In this document: positions 38,168 to 48,900 of the stretch, piece after piece
Layout of the letters: each line of letters starts with the position of its first letter
How positions within the stretch are numbered: position 1 is the first letter of the stretch
DNA from: Smithellaceae bacterium
Lineage (GTDB): Bacteria > Desulfobacterota > Syntrophia > Syntrophales > Smithellaceae
Direction of reading: 5' to 3'
NCBI GenBank assembly: GCA_963667845.2
Contig: CAXXVL010000001.1
Coordinates: 768,001 to 832,000, forward strand
Length of the DNA stretch: 64,000 nt
The notes under the pieces: generated by a model
Databases searched by the model: none
Told to the model about the DNA's origin: nothing
Seen by the model: only the letters and a program-made list of their open reading frames with translations
Position numbers and translations under genes: made by a program

Positions 38168-38303
38168 GAATCCCTCATAGAATTTCGGGGCGATGAGCCG
38201 GTCGATCGGATGTTCTTAGAAAATGCGCCCAGGCAGTCTCGATGCGGCATTTTTGTCAGGTCCGCACCTTTAGCTGCCCGCCGTTCAGGTTAACGCTGTC
38301 GGC

Positions 38304-38633
38304 CTACTTGAATGTTTTTAGAATATATTTTGCAATGGCCTCGGCATCAGGGTCGGGCATTTCCTGTTCAGCGAATTTCGTCATCCCGGTTCCGGGATTG
38401 CGCATTTGTTTGACGATGTCGCGCGGCGTCTTGATGCCGTTTGCGCGAAGCGCCTTTTCATTGATGGGTTTTTCTTTATTAATGATGTTCCCGCCGTCGG
38501 GATGACAGACCTGGCAGTTTTTTTTAAACAACTCTTCCCCCGATGCGGGTTTGTCCGCCGCCGGGACGTTGGAGGCCAGGCCGTAAAAAAGAACAAAGAA
38601 CGCAGCGGCTCCCGTTATAAATATCTTTTTCAT
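38304..38633 (-). CDS. Periplasmic monoheme cytochrome c (c6-like)
   Basis: Signal peptide, GEELFKKNCQVCHPDGGN, distal Met (GMTKF). Confidence 0.88.
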   Translation of the reverse strand: MKKIFITGAAAFFVLFYGLASNVPAADKPASGEELFKKNCQVCHPDGGNIINKEKPINEKALRANGIKTPRDIVKQMRNPGTGMTKFAEQEMPDPDAEAIAKYILKTFK

Positions 38634-39023
38634 ATCCGTCTCCACTTGTGCAATTAAAGTTATTGTCAAAGCCCGGTGATGCGCTTCTTGCATCTATTTT
38701 TAGTGGTTCACTAAAATGAATTCAATACGGGTTTATTGTCAGTAGATTGGTAGTGTATATCTATCAACATTCTTTCGCTATGACGGCCCGGGTAATGCCG
38801 AAACGAACGGAACGTCGTCCATAAGCGACGCCAGCGAGTCTTTATTTGACTAGTTCATGCGCACTGCCTATATTTTCGTAAAGCAAAATAAGTCCTTGCC
38901 TATTCATTCACCGGTGCGCGCCGAAGTCGAAATTTTTCAGAAGTCCGGTGACGCGTTGTCAGATCACGAATGCAGCAGCGAAGAATTTTGCCGGAATGAC
39001 GCTGTTGGAAAAGGAGACTCGAA

Positions 39024-39689
39024 ATGCGGAAACATCCCTTTTGCATACTTCCTCTTTGCCTTATTCTATTTTGCTTGCTCAGGGCGGCGGATGCATTTCC
39101 GGCGAATCGCGAACCCGGGGAATTGACAAGCTATCAGGGCGCCGCGCTGGGTTCGGTAAATGATTTTTACGAAAATTCCATCGGCGGGGTTCGAAAAGTC
39201 GATCTGAAAACCTATCGGCTGAAAGTTGACGGGCTTGTCGGAAAACCGCAATCGTTTACGTACCAGGAACTCAAAAACATTCCGCACCGGAAGAAACTGA
39301 TCACCGTCCATTGCGTGGAAGGATGGAAAGTCACCGTGTTATGGGAGGGCATTCCGATCGGCGAACTCATCGGGCGAGCCCGCGTGGATTCAAAAGTGAA
39401 TACCGTTATATTTCACAGTGCGGACGGTTATACGACATCCCTGGATTTTAAAACCGTATCGGGCAAAGACATGCTGCTTGCCGATTCGGCCAACGGTATT
39501 CCCCTGCCGGCAAAGCTCGGGTTTCCGTTTATTCTGGTGGCCGAAGACAAATGGGGTTACAAATGGGCGCGCTGGATAGAACGAATCGAATTTTCCGATA
39601 AAGCCGGCTTCCGGGGCTACTGGGAGCAGCGCGGCTTTAATCAGAAAGGCGACGCATCCGGCCCGGAAATGGAAGGAGACACGAGGTAG
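39024..39689 (+). CDS. Molybdopterin-dependent oxidoreductase (sulfite oxidase/MsrP family)
   Basis: LKVDGLV, HCVEGW, WEG, DGYTTS, GFPF, WGYKWARW, GYWEQRG. Confidence 0.85.
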   Translation: MRKHPFCILPLCLILFCLLRAADAFPANREPGELTSYQGAALGSVNDFYENSIGGVRKVDLKTYRLKVDGLVGKPQSFTYQELKNIPHRKKLITVHCVEGWKVTVLWEGIPIGELIGRARVDSKVNTVIFHSADGYTTSLDFKTVSGKDMLLADSANGIPLPAKLGFPFILVAEDKWGYKWARWIERIEFSDKAGFRGYWEQRGFNQKGDASGPEMEGDTR

Positions 39690-39858
39690 ACTGTCCCAAC
39701 AGGCAGCTTGGGCCCGGATCGAAAAAGGGAGAGGTCGTCTTTTGGTCCGGGTTTCGGAAGTTGCTGCTTCGCATTGCCCGGACGACTTCAATTTTTTTAA
39801 GACGTCCCGCAGGTTCGCGGGCCCAAGACCAGTTGCCGGTGCCTGCAAATAAAGCGGG

Positions 39859-42800
39859 CTATTCCTCAAGGGCTTCTCTCACCTTAAGCGCCAGGTCTTG
39901 CAGTGAAAAAGGCTTGGATATGAATTTGACGCCTTCTTCCAGCACTCCCTGGCGCGCGATGACATCGTCCGTGTAGCCGGACATGTACAGACGTTTCAGA
40001 CCCGGCTTGATGGCCAAGATCTGTTCCGAGAGCTCCTTTCCGTTCATGTCCGGCATCACCACATCGGTGAGCAGTAAATGGATCTTTCCGCGATCTTCCC
40101 GGGCCAGATGCAGGGCATGATTCCGGTCCGGGGCCGCAAGCACATTATAGCCTAATGCTTCCAGCATGGCCTTCGTGAGTTTCAGCACCGTTTGTTCATC
40201 TTCCACGATCAATATGGTTTCCGTCCCTCTCGGGATTTCCGTCTCTTGTATATCATCGGCTGCCTGGGGGACATCGCTTTGATATCGGGGCAGATAAAGC
40301 CGAAACGTTGTCCCCTGTCCGGGCTCGCTGTAGACATTGATAAAGCCGTTATTCTGTTTGACGATGCCGTAGACGGTGGCCAGCCCCAGTCCTGTGCCGT
40401 GGCCTTCTTTCTTGGTCGTAAAAAAGGGTTCGAAGATATTGGCGAGCGCTTCCGGCTCGATCCCGCAGCCGCTGTCGCTTACGGTAAGTACGACAAAATC
40501 GCCCGGGACCCATTCCGGCCGGTCCGCGCAGTAGGCTTCATCGCAGGTCACGTTGGATGTTTCGATAAAGATTTTCCCCGTCCTGCCGATAGCGTCGCGG
40601 GCGTTTACCGTCAGGTTGGCAAGCAGTTGATCGATCTGCGACGGATCGATTCTGACCTTCCACAAATTGTGGCCCGGATGCCAGCCCAGCGTGATATTCT
40701 CGCCGATAAGCCTCTGGAGCATTTTTAGCATGCCCGTTACCATTTCATTCAAGTCCATGATCTTGGGGCTGACGGTTTGCTTCCGGGCAAAGGCGAGCAA
40801 CTGGCGCGTCAGGTCCGCGGAGCGCATTCCCGCATTCAGAATGTCGTGCAGAGACTGATAAAGAGGTTCGCGGCGATTGACTTCCTTCATGGCCATTTCG
40901 GCATTGCCGATGATGACGCCAAGCATATTGTTGAAATCGTGGGCCACGCCGCCCGCCAGCCGGCCGACCGATTCCATCTTCTGCGCCTGAATGAGCTGCG
41001 TTTCCAGCTGCTTTCTTTCCGTCAGATCGACCAGAGAGGCAACGCTTTCCTTCGTTTCGGGAAGCATGGCGACGTTTATAAAGATATCCCGGATTTCACC
41101 GAGCCGGTTGATATAACGGAATTCATAGGTAGCGGGGGCTGATCCGCCAACGGTCCGGCGCATTGTGTGGTAGGTCTTCATTATTTCCAGGTCATCCGGA
41201 TGAATGAAAGACGTCCAGCTCATCTTTCCTTCCAGTTCCTGCTTCGAATAGCCGCTAAGTTCCGCGAAGTTGTTATTCGCCATGAGAATGGTGGCGTCTT
41301 CACCGATAATGATATTCGCCGTAGCCGTACTTTCGAAAATGGTCCGGTATCTCTCTTCACTCTTTCTGATGGTTTCCTCTGCCAGTTTGCGATTGAACGC
41401 CATGCCGGACAAATAGGCGAACGTTTTTAAGGCGTCATCGGGCACGACCGGCTGATCACCGGGGAGATAGGCCGCGCATGCCCCGATGACCTCACCGGCA
41501 TAACTGACCGCAAGAGCAATGATCTCGCGGCAGCCGCCCGCCTCCATGACGATGTCCGATAGTTCGCGCGATACCGCCCCGAAGGAAAGTTCATACAGAT
41601 CTTTGGGTCTTCGCAGCCCCTCAGTGAGCATACTCGCCATATCAGCTTCACTGACCGGCATGCGCATTTCATACACCTCGGGTCCAAAGAAGACGCCCAA
41701 TTTTTCCTGGGCTGCCGGATCGGCCGACAGCGAAACGAGCTTCAGACATCGCGCGTCGCGCTGATAAATCGAAAAGGTGGCGGCAAGGGCGCCGGTGAGA
41801 AGGCGCAGCGATTCGGCCATTTTATTGAAGAAGGCTTCCGTGCCGGCGGCTTCGGCGAAAACAATGGAGATATCATTAAGTCGCTCATGATAAGACGCCA
41901 GCTCGCGATATTTTTGCTCGCTTTTCTGCAGGGACTCTTCCGCCATCTTCCTCTTGGTAATGTCCCGGGATACGCCGTGAAGGCCGGTCAGAACACCCTG
42001 TTCGTTGCGCAGGCCGCCGATGACGGTATCCATCCAGCGCGTTGTACCGTCCCTATGGCAGTATTCCAGGACCAGAGATGCTTTTCTGTCGGGATCGGCA
42101 TTTCCTTCTTTCTCGCGGGCCAGCTCCCCGGCCATGGCATTGAGCCCGAAGGAGAGCGATTCCGGCGTAAACTGCTCTTCGATCGGCATCTGCATGCGTT
42201 CCTCCTGCGTGTACCCGAGCACGGCCTGGATAGAGGGAGTGACGTAGACGGTTCGCAAATTCATATCGGCTATCCAGACGACGTCCGACATTTTTTCGGT
42301 CAGGAGTCTGTACTTTTTTTCGCTTTCGCGCAGGGCTTCTTCCGCCAGCTTGCGGTCGGAAATATCGATAAAACTTTCCAGATAACATTTTCTGCCCTTG
42401 ATGATGATGGGATGCACCGTTTTTAAAATATCTTTTTGCGATCCGTCCGCCTGGAGGAGTTTGCGTTCCGAGTGATCGATGGTTTGCCCCAGATCTTTGA
42501 TGGGACACTTCCCCAGCTCGGCCGGACAGACGAGAGAATGACAGATCTGCCCGATAATTTTATCTTCGGATAAGCCGGTCATTTCGACCGCTCTTTTGTT
42601 CACCTCCAAAATCGTCTGGCTTGAGCTGTCAATGATCATGATACCGGTATTGATTTTATTCAAGACGGCCTGCAGCTTGGCTTCGTTATCCAGCAATTCC
42701 TCTTCGGCCTGTTTGCGATCGGTGACGTCACGGGCATTGATCACTAAACCTGCAATCGCGGGATGATGCAGAAGGTTTTTGCAGATGCCTTCCATGATGA

Positions 42801-43611
42801 GTTCGCTGCCGTTTTTATGCCGGACGCGGAAGCTGGCCGGTATGGACATCTCCCGGGTCATGAGGACCCGCTCGAACATTTCTCCGGCCCTGGATCGGTC
42901 GTCGGGTGTAATGTATTCCAGAGCGGTTTTGCCGACCAATTCATCGGGTCTGTAGCCGACGACCCTTTCCACGGAGGGGCTCACGTACGTGACGACACCC
43001 TCTGCATCCGTGATCAAGAGGACATCGGACGAATTCACCGTGATCTCCCGGAAATACTCCTCGCTTTTCTTGAGAGCGTTTTCCGCAACCCTGCGATCCG
43101 TGACGTTGCGAATAATCATAATGGCCTGATCTTCCAGAAGAGGGATCAATCTTGCTTCGCAGAAGTACTCCGTTCCATGGCGGAGAAGGGAATACTCAAA
43201 GCTCACGGGGGCATTTGTTCGCCTCATATCCTCCAGGGCCGGGCGGATATTTTCGGCGACCGGGGCCAGCGGAATATCGTAAATTTTCTTTCCGATCAAA
43301 TCCGGACGGGCAGTGATGAGATCGGAGGTGCTTCCGGATTTGCAGTCGAGGATCAATCCGGAACCGTCGATCCGGAAGAAGATGTCCGGAACAGCCTCGA
43401 AGATCGCCCTCATCCCGGCGCCGGCCTGCAAAAGTTCCTGAGAACTCAATTCGAGCGATCTCTCCAGCATGTTCCGGTCGCTATCTGATTCATGGTAGGC
43501 GCTGTTGACCGAATCGATAAAACCGGCCCACTCGTCGGGCACTTCAAACGCATCCCCGAAAAGTCGTTTGAGCTGGCGCTTAAGCAGGCTGTGCATTTTT
43601 ATGGACGGCAT
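39859..43611 (-). CDS. Hybrid sensor histidine kinase (5 PAS + GAF + HisKA/HATPase + REC)
   Basis: [12 protein letters not shown]-terminus, PAS repeats, AHDFNN H-box, [19 protein letters not shown] receiver. Confidence 0.92.
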   Translation of the reverse strand: MPSIKMHSLLKRQLKRLFGDAFEVPDEWAGFIDSVNSAYHESDSDRNMLERSLELSSQELLQAGAGMRAIFEAVPDIFFRIDGSGLILDCKSGSTSDLITARPDLIGKKIYDIPLAPVAENIRPALEDMRRTNAPVSFEYSLLRHGTEYFCEARLIPLLEDQAIMIIRNVTDRRVAENALKKSEEYFREITVNSSDVLLITDAEGVVTYVSPSVERVVGYRPDELVGKTALEYITPDDRSRAGEMFERVLMTREMSIPASFRVRHKNGSELIMEGICKNLLHHPAIAGLVINARDVTDRKQAEEELLDNEAKLQAVLNKINTGIMIIDSSSQTILEVNKRAVEMTGLSEDKIIGQICHSLVCPAELGKCPIKDLGQTIDHSERKLLQADGSQKDILKTVHPIIIKGRKCYLESFIDISDRKLAEEALRESEKKYRLLTEKMSDVVWIADMNLRTVYVTPSIQAVLGYTQEERMQMPIEEQFTPESLSFGLNAMAGELAREKEGNADPDRKASLVLEYCHRDGTTRWMDTVIGGLRNEQGVLTGLHGVSRDITKRKMAEESLQKSEQKYRELASYHERLNDISIVFAEAAGTEAFFNKMAESLRLLTGALAATFSIYQRDARCLKLVSLSADPAAQEKLGVFFGPEVYEMRMPVSEADMASMLTEGLRRPKDLYELSFGAVSRELSDIVMEAGGCREIIALAVSYAGEVIGACAAYLPGDQPVVPDDALKTFAYLSGMAFNRKLAEETIRKSEERYRTIFESTATANIIIGEDATILMANNNFAELSGYSKQELEGKMSWTSFIHPDDLEIMKTYHTMRRTVGGSAPATYEFRYINRLGEIRDIFINVAMLPETKESVASLVDLTERKQLETQLIQAQKMESVGRLAGGVAHDFNNMLGVIIGNAEMAMKEVNRREPLYQSLHDILNAGMRSADLTRQLLAFARKQTVSPKIMDLNEMVTGMLKMLQRLIGENITLGWHPGHNLWKVRIDPSQIDQLLANLTVNARDAIGRTGKIFIETSNVTCDEAYCADRPEWVPGDFVVLTVSDSGCGIEPEALANIFEPFFTTKKEGHGTGLGLATVYGIVKQNNGFINVYSEPGQGTTFRLYLPRYQSDVPQAADDIQETEIPRGTETILIVEDEQTVLKLTKAMLEALGYNVLAAPDRNHALHLAREDRGKIHLLLTDVVMPDMNGKELSEQILAIKPGLKRLYMSGYTDDVIARQGVLEEGVKFISKPFSLQDLALKVREALEE

Positions 43612-43613
43612 GG

Positions 43614-44753
43614 TTAAGCCTCTGCAAAAGTGGTGATCGTCATCGTTTGATTGTGGAGAGTGCAGGGCGCGCCGGACAGGAAAGGCGAGATCTCCCCGTA
43701 GGAATAGAAGCCGGTCAAAGCGGGAGAGCCGCCCAGCACATCACTGACCGCTTCCACTTCTTCCTCAATTCTTTGTTTCAGCACGAGCTTCCGGCCCACG
43801 CAGCTGATGAGAATCGCCAGTTCAGGAGAGCTTCCGGAAAGCCCTTCTTGGCTGCGGACGGCCGCTTCGCTCGCGCCGTCGATGAGTCTTTCAAAATTTG
43901 CTTTCATGAACCGCGCATAAGCTCCCTCGGGAATATCCCCGGCAAAGGTCATGCTCTTTTCTTCTTCATTGACTGCGAGGATGGTACGGACAATGCCCGT
44001 TTCGCCGTTTTTTGTCCGGATGCTTAACGGGAAGAGAAGCCCGGTGGCGGGCAGCCCCTGTGCATGTTCACCCAGGTACTTCTTATATATTTCGAGTGCG
44101 GATTGTCCGTCGAGCTCATAGAGCAGGTTCTCCCTGGAACGGGTAATGATGCGCTCCGGGCCGAAGGGGTCCCATCCTCCCATGGAGCCATAACCGACTT
44201 TCAGGCTTTCTCCATACAAACCCAGGATGGCCAGGGTATTTCTGGCGGGCAGATCATCCCAAAAAACATATGTTTCTTCAAAATGGTCGCCGTTTCCGGC
44301 AAGACCTCCGGTAATGGTGACACCTTCCGGTAGATCGCTTGCCAGACCTTTTACCAGGTCGCTTCCGTTCACGCTGAGGCCGTCGGACAGAACGAACACA
44401 TGGCGCAGGCCTTCCTTTTTGATGGATTGCGCCAGCATTCTGCCCGCTTCAATGCTGCTTTCCGCCTCTTTCAGCGCGATCCTGGCGCCCATAATCTCCG
44501 TATTTTCAAAATGAATTGCCGTGGCCACCAGAGTATGATCGAAGACGCGGGTTCCGCATATTTCACCGGACGTGGAGCATCCGAAAAGATGCGCTCCCGG
44601 ATACATTTTTTTTACCTCGTCGAAGCAGGCCTTTTCTTTTAAGATGTCCGTCGCGGCAAACATAACCACGAGCTCGGCACGTCCTTTAAGGGCCGATCCA
44701 TGGAGGAGGGACCATCCCTTCGTCCGGCTCCAGACTTTCTGCTCGATTTTCAT
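43614..44753 (-). CDS. FIST N/C domain protein (NosP-like)
   Basis: GCSTSGEI, LSDGL, GGLAG, GGWDPFG, SCVGRK, GFYSYGEI; 2 bp from the kinase start. Confidence 0.9.
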   Translation of the reverse strand: MKIEQKVWSRTKGWSLLHGSALKGRAELVVMFAATDILKEKACFDEVKKMYPGAHLFGCSTSGEICGTRVFDHTLVATAIHFENTEIMGARIALKEAESSIEAGRMLAQSIKKEGLRHVFVLSDGLSVNGSDLVKGLASDLPEGVTITGGLAGNGDHFEETYVFWDDLPARNTLAILGLYGESLKVGYGSMGGWDPFGPERIITRSRENLLYELDGQSALEIYKKYLGEHAQGLPATGLLFPLSIRTKNGETGIVRTILAVNEEEKSMTFAGDIPEGAYARFMKANFERLIDGASEAAVRSQEGLSGSSPELAILISCVGRKLVLKQRIEEEVEAVSDVLGGSPALTGFYSYGEISPFLSGAPCTLHNQTMTITTFAEA

Positions 44754-44984
44754 TTCACAGCCTCCGCATCCATAATATCAGGTGGTTCATCAAAACAGCA
44801 TGATCCGGAACAAGCTGACCGCGCGAACCCGCTCAGTGGCGGACAGGATTTATCGAACGGCAGGGAACAAACCAAAATTTTTTTATCATTACCACATGTT
44901 GGGCTGGAATTCCTGAATTTTCGTTATCCAGCGGGAAGAAATTTTCGGCGCGAGAAGAGTAATCAGCTAAAAGACCGGACTGAT

Positions 44985-45689
44985 TTACGGATTTCTGATC
45001 GTCTGCAAAAGCAGCGGGAGCCCGACATTGGTCGGTCCTCCTTTCTTAAAACGAAAATCGCATATTGCATGACCGTCCGCCAGAGTCGTCGTTCGCGAAA
45101 GCCCCCAGCCGAGAGTTTCGCTCGCTGTCTTATCAAAATAACACATTAACGGCGCCAGTTCCGGCGCGCCCTGCCGTCTCAGAAAGGTGCAGCCGGCGCA
45201 CTCGGTATAATCGAGACCGTAGTCGAATGTCCGGCCATCCCCCTCGATGAAAGTCAGAACATAACCATCCGGATATTTGCGGGCCCGGGACTGGGCCGCC
45301 CGTTTCTTTATACGCCATATAAATAAAGGTGAAAACCACAGACAGCCGATCGTTTTGCAAACGAAAGACGGAATGGCCCGCAACTCCGCCTCGTTCATCC
45401 GGTAGATCATCCGGGCGGCTTCCTCAGTCTTGAGCCCGTGTCTTAAAAGCACGCGATAAATTGCCAGATAGCGGCTCGTTGGAATAAGAAAAAGCAGAAA
45501 GGGACTTCGCCTGCCGATGTAGGGAATCTGCCCAATGAGTGATTCATATTCAAGACTGCATTGGTTAACGAGTGACCGGGCCTCATGATCACCATACGCC
45601 GAAATAAGAACCTGTCGGCTGCGGGCGATTGATCTTGCGAAGGACGCGAGCAGGCGCGGTTTTTGAGACGAATAGCAGGCATCCTTCAT
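44985..45689 (-). CDS. L-2-amino-thiazoline-4-carboxylate hydrolase-like domain protein
   Basis: YTECAGC...APLMCYFD...LSRTTTLADG..CDFRF. Confidence 0.75.
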   Translation of the reverse strand: MKDACYSSQKPRLLASFARSIARSRQVLISAYGDHEARSLVNQCSLEYESLIGQIPYIGRRSPFLLFLIPTSRYLAIYRVLLRHGLKTEEAARMIYRMNEAELRAIPSFVCKTIGCLWFSPLFIWRIKKRAAQSRARKYPDGYVLTFIEGDGRTFDYGLDYTECAGCTFLRRQGAPELAPLMCYFDKTASETLGWGLSRTTTLADGHAICDFRFKKGGPTNVGLPLLLQTIRNP

Positions 45690-45736
45690 TTAAATCCCTC
45701 CGGTCATCGTGGGGCGAATCTCTCAATAAAGCGTTT

Positions 45737-45835
45737 AATCCCGCTCACGCGGGACGAGCGTTAATTCCCTGCCGCTTGCCGCGAAATAATGACGTTCATT
45801 TCATACCCCGACAGCTTGCCGCAAGGCGGTTGACT
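45737..45835 (+). repeat. Dispersed hairpin element, copy 4 (long form)
   Basis: AATCCCGCTCACGCGGGACGAGCGTTAATTCCC...GGCGGTTGACT. Confidence 0.88.
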
Positions 45836-45979
45836 GGGCAATCGAAATGAAAACGGGATTTCCAAAAGACGAGTGCCGGCGCGCCATGAGGTTGCTCGTC
45901 GATCGGGGTTAAGTCAAAATAAATTGTCAAAATGGGTCACGGTAATGTGATGCTGTCCGGAGGGCAGGCGAGCGCAAAT

Positions 45980-48900
45980 TCAGATATTCTTTTTTGCCGC
46001 CAGCGCTTCCATCACTTTGGCTGCCAGAGACTTGATGGTGAAGGGTTTCTGTATGAACTGTACGCCTTCTTCCAGCACGCCGTGATGAGCGATCACGTCC
46101 GCCGTATAACCGGACATGAAGATCAAATTAATGTCCGGTCGTATTTCCAGCACTCTGTTTCTTAATTCCTTTCCGCTGATACCCGGCATCACGACGTCGG
46201 AAATCACCAGGTCAATGCAGGCGTCCGGATCTTTACAATATTCGATGGCTTCCATCGGCTTTTCGACGGACCTTACCGTATACCCGAGGGATTCCAGAAT
46301 CCCTTTGGTAATCTGAAGGACCATGGCGTCATCTTCGACCAGCAGAATATTTCCTGTGCCGGTGATTTTCAGCTCTTCTTCCGATTCAAGCAGAATGGCG
46401 TTTTGTCCTTCTGCCCGTGGCAGGTAGATGCTGAAAGTTGTTCCGTGAGCCGGTTCGCTGTAAACATTGACGAAGCCGTTATTTTGTTTAACGATGCCGT
46501 AGACCGTCGCGAGGCCCAGCCCCGTGCCTTTGCCCACATCCTTGGTAGTGAAGAAAGGCTCAAAAATATGCTGCAGTGTTTCTTTATCCATACCCACGCC
46601 GTTGTCGCTGAAAGACAAGCGGACATAATGACCGGGAATGCAATCGATGTTCTTTTCGCAGTAAGAATCGTCGAGGACGGTATTGACGGTTTCAATGGTC
46701 AACTGGCCTCCGCCGGGCATGGCATCGCGGGCATTAACGGCAAGATTGATGAGAATCTGCTCAATTTGCGACGGGTCAAACTTAATCGGCCAGAGGTGCT
46801 CTCCCATGACCACCTGCAGGCCGACGTCTTCACCGATCAGGCGGATCAGTGCTTTTTGCGTATGGGCGACCAGATCGTTCAAGTCAATGACTTTAGGCTC
46901 AATGATCTGCTTGCGGGAAAAAGCCAGGAGTTGGGTGGTGATGTCCCGGGAACGGATGGCGGCTTTTTCAATTTCGGCAATATCTTTTAGGACCGGATGA
47001 AGGCTGCCCAGGCGCAGTTTGGCCAGGTCCGCGTAGCCCAGGATGACGCTCAGCATGTTGTTGAAATCATGCGCCACGCCGCCGGCCAGGCGACCGACGA
47101 TTTCCATCTTCTGGGACTGCATGAGCTGCGCTTCCAGTTTATCTTTTTCCTCTCGCGCTTTTTTGCCCTCCGTAATGTCCCGGCCGGCCATCAGCATGCC
47201 GGTGGCTTTGCCCTGTGTATTCCGCATAAAAGTGGCGGTGACTTCGATCCAGACCGTGTTACCGTTTTTGCAGAGGATTTCCTGTTCCACGGTCCGGGAC
47301 CGGTTCGGATCCGCAGCCTCTGCGCTGTCTTCCAGCGCCAATTCTTCCGTCACCGCGTTTATCGCCAGGGTGAGCGATTCCGGCATAAGCAACTGATCGA
47401 GAGGAAGAGCGATCAGTTCGTCCGGCGTGTAGCCGGTCAGAGAAAAGCACGACGGGCTCATGTAAGTGAATCGCAGATTCGTGTCCGTCGTCCAGACGAC
47501 CTCCTTCATATTTTCGATGATCATCCGGTAGCGTTGTTCACTGTCCCTGAGTGCTTCCTGAATCTTTCGGCGAGCCGTAATGTCTCTCGCGACAAGCATG
47601 ATTTCCTCGGGTTTGCCGTGTTCATCGCGCGTTAACGTTGCCGTTACTTCCGCCCAGGTGGTTCCGCCCTTCTTGTGAAATAGTTCCAGCTCTAAGGTTT
47701 TCGTGATGGGATCATTAAATGTTGTTCTTTTTTTCTCCCTCTCCAGTTCCTCCACGAATATGTCGGTGATCAGCGATAAAGATCCGGGCGTCAGCAGCTT
47801 GTTGATGCGAACGTGCTTCACTTCCTCTTTTGTGTAGCCCGTTAACTCGAGATTATCGCTGCTGACATACGTGAACTGAAGATTGAAATCCATAAGGCAG
47901 ATGACGTCCTGCATGTTCTCGACAATCATCCGGTAAAGCCGCTCGCTTTCCGCCAATGCTCTCTCCGCGTTCCTGCGTGCGGTGATATCTCTGGCGGTCA
48001 GAATGATGGCGATCGGCGTTCCGCCTTTATCGCGCTCAAAGACGGCATTCACTTCCTGCCAGATGGTGCCGCCGTTTTTATGATATGCTTCCAGCTCGAC
48101 AGTAAGCATGCGATCCGGATCAACAGGTTCTCCGCTGAATTCCCGCTCAAGCTCCAGGGCCAGAACATTTTCAGCCAGCGCGTAGGACTCCGGCGTCAAC
48201 TGGTCTTTAATCGGGATGGCCATGATTTCTTCACGGGTATAGCCGGTGACCCTGATCTCCGACGGGCTTTGATAGACATAATGCAAATCCAGGTCAAGGA
48301 TGGCGATGCTGTCATGCGTATTTTCCACGATCGTCCGATAGCGTTGTTCACTTTCGGCAAGGGCTTTCTCCATATTGCGGCGCTGTGTGATATTTCTTCC
48401 GACGGCAAGAATTTCCGTGGCTTTTCCATTGGCATCACGGTTGAAGGTGGCGTTCACTTCCAGCCAGACATTATCACCCAATTTGGAGAACACTTCAATT
48501 TGAAGAGTTCGGGAGCGTTTCGGATCAACCGGTCGACCGTTCGCCTCCTGGGCCAGTTCTTCGGACAGGAGGCGGCCGACCAGAGCCAGGGAATCGGGCG
48601 CGATGATGCTGTCGAGGGGCTTGTTCTGGATTTCTTCCGGAGCAAAGCCGGTCAGCTGCATATTCGACGGGCTGACATAAGTGATTTGCAGATCGAGATC
48701 AACGATCCAGACGATGTCGTTAACGTTTTCCGTCATCGTCCGATAGCGCTTTTCGCTCTCCTTAAGTGCATTTTCGGCATTCTTTCTCTCGGTGATGTTC
48801 TGCATGAAACTGAGCACCGCGGGCTTTCCCTTATAGGTCGTATCGACGGACGTTACCAGCAGATAGAGCAATTTACGGTCGGGCCGAAAGACGCGGATTT

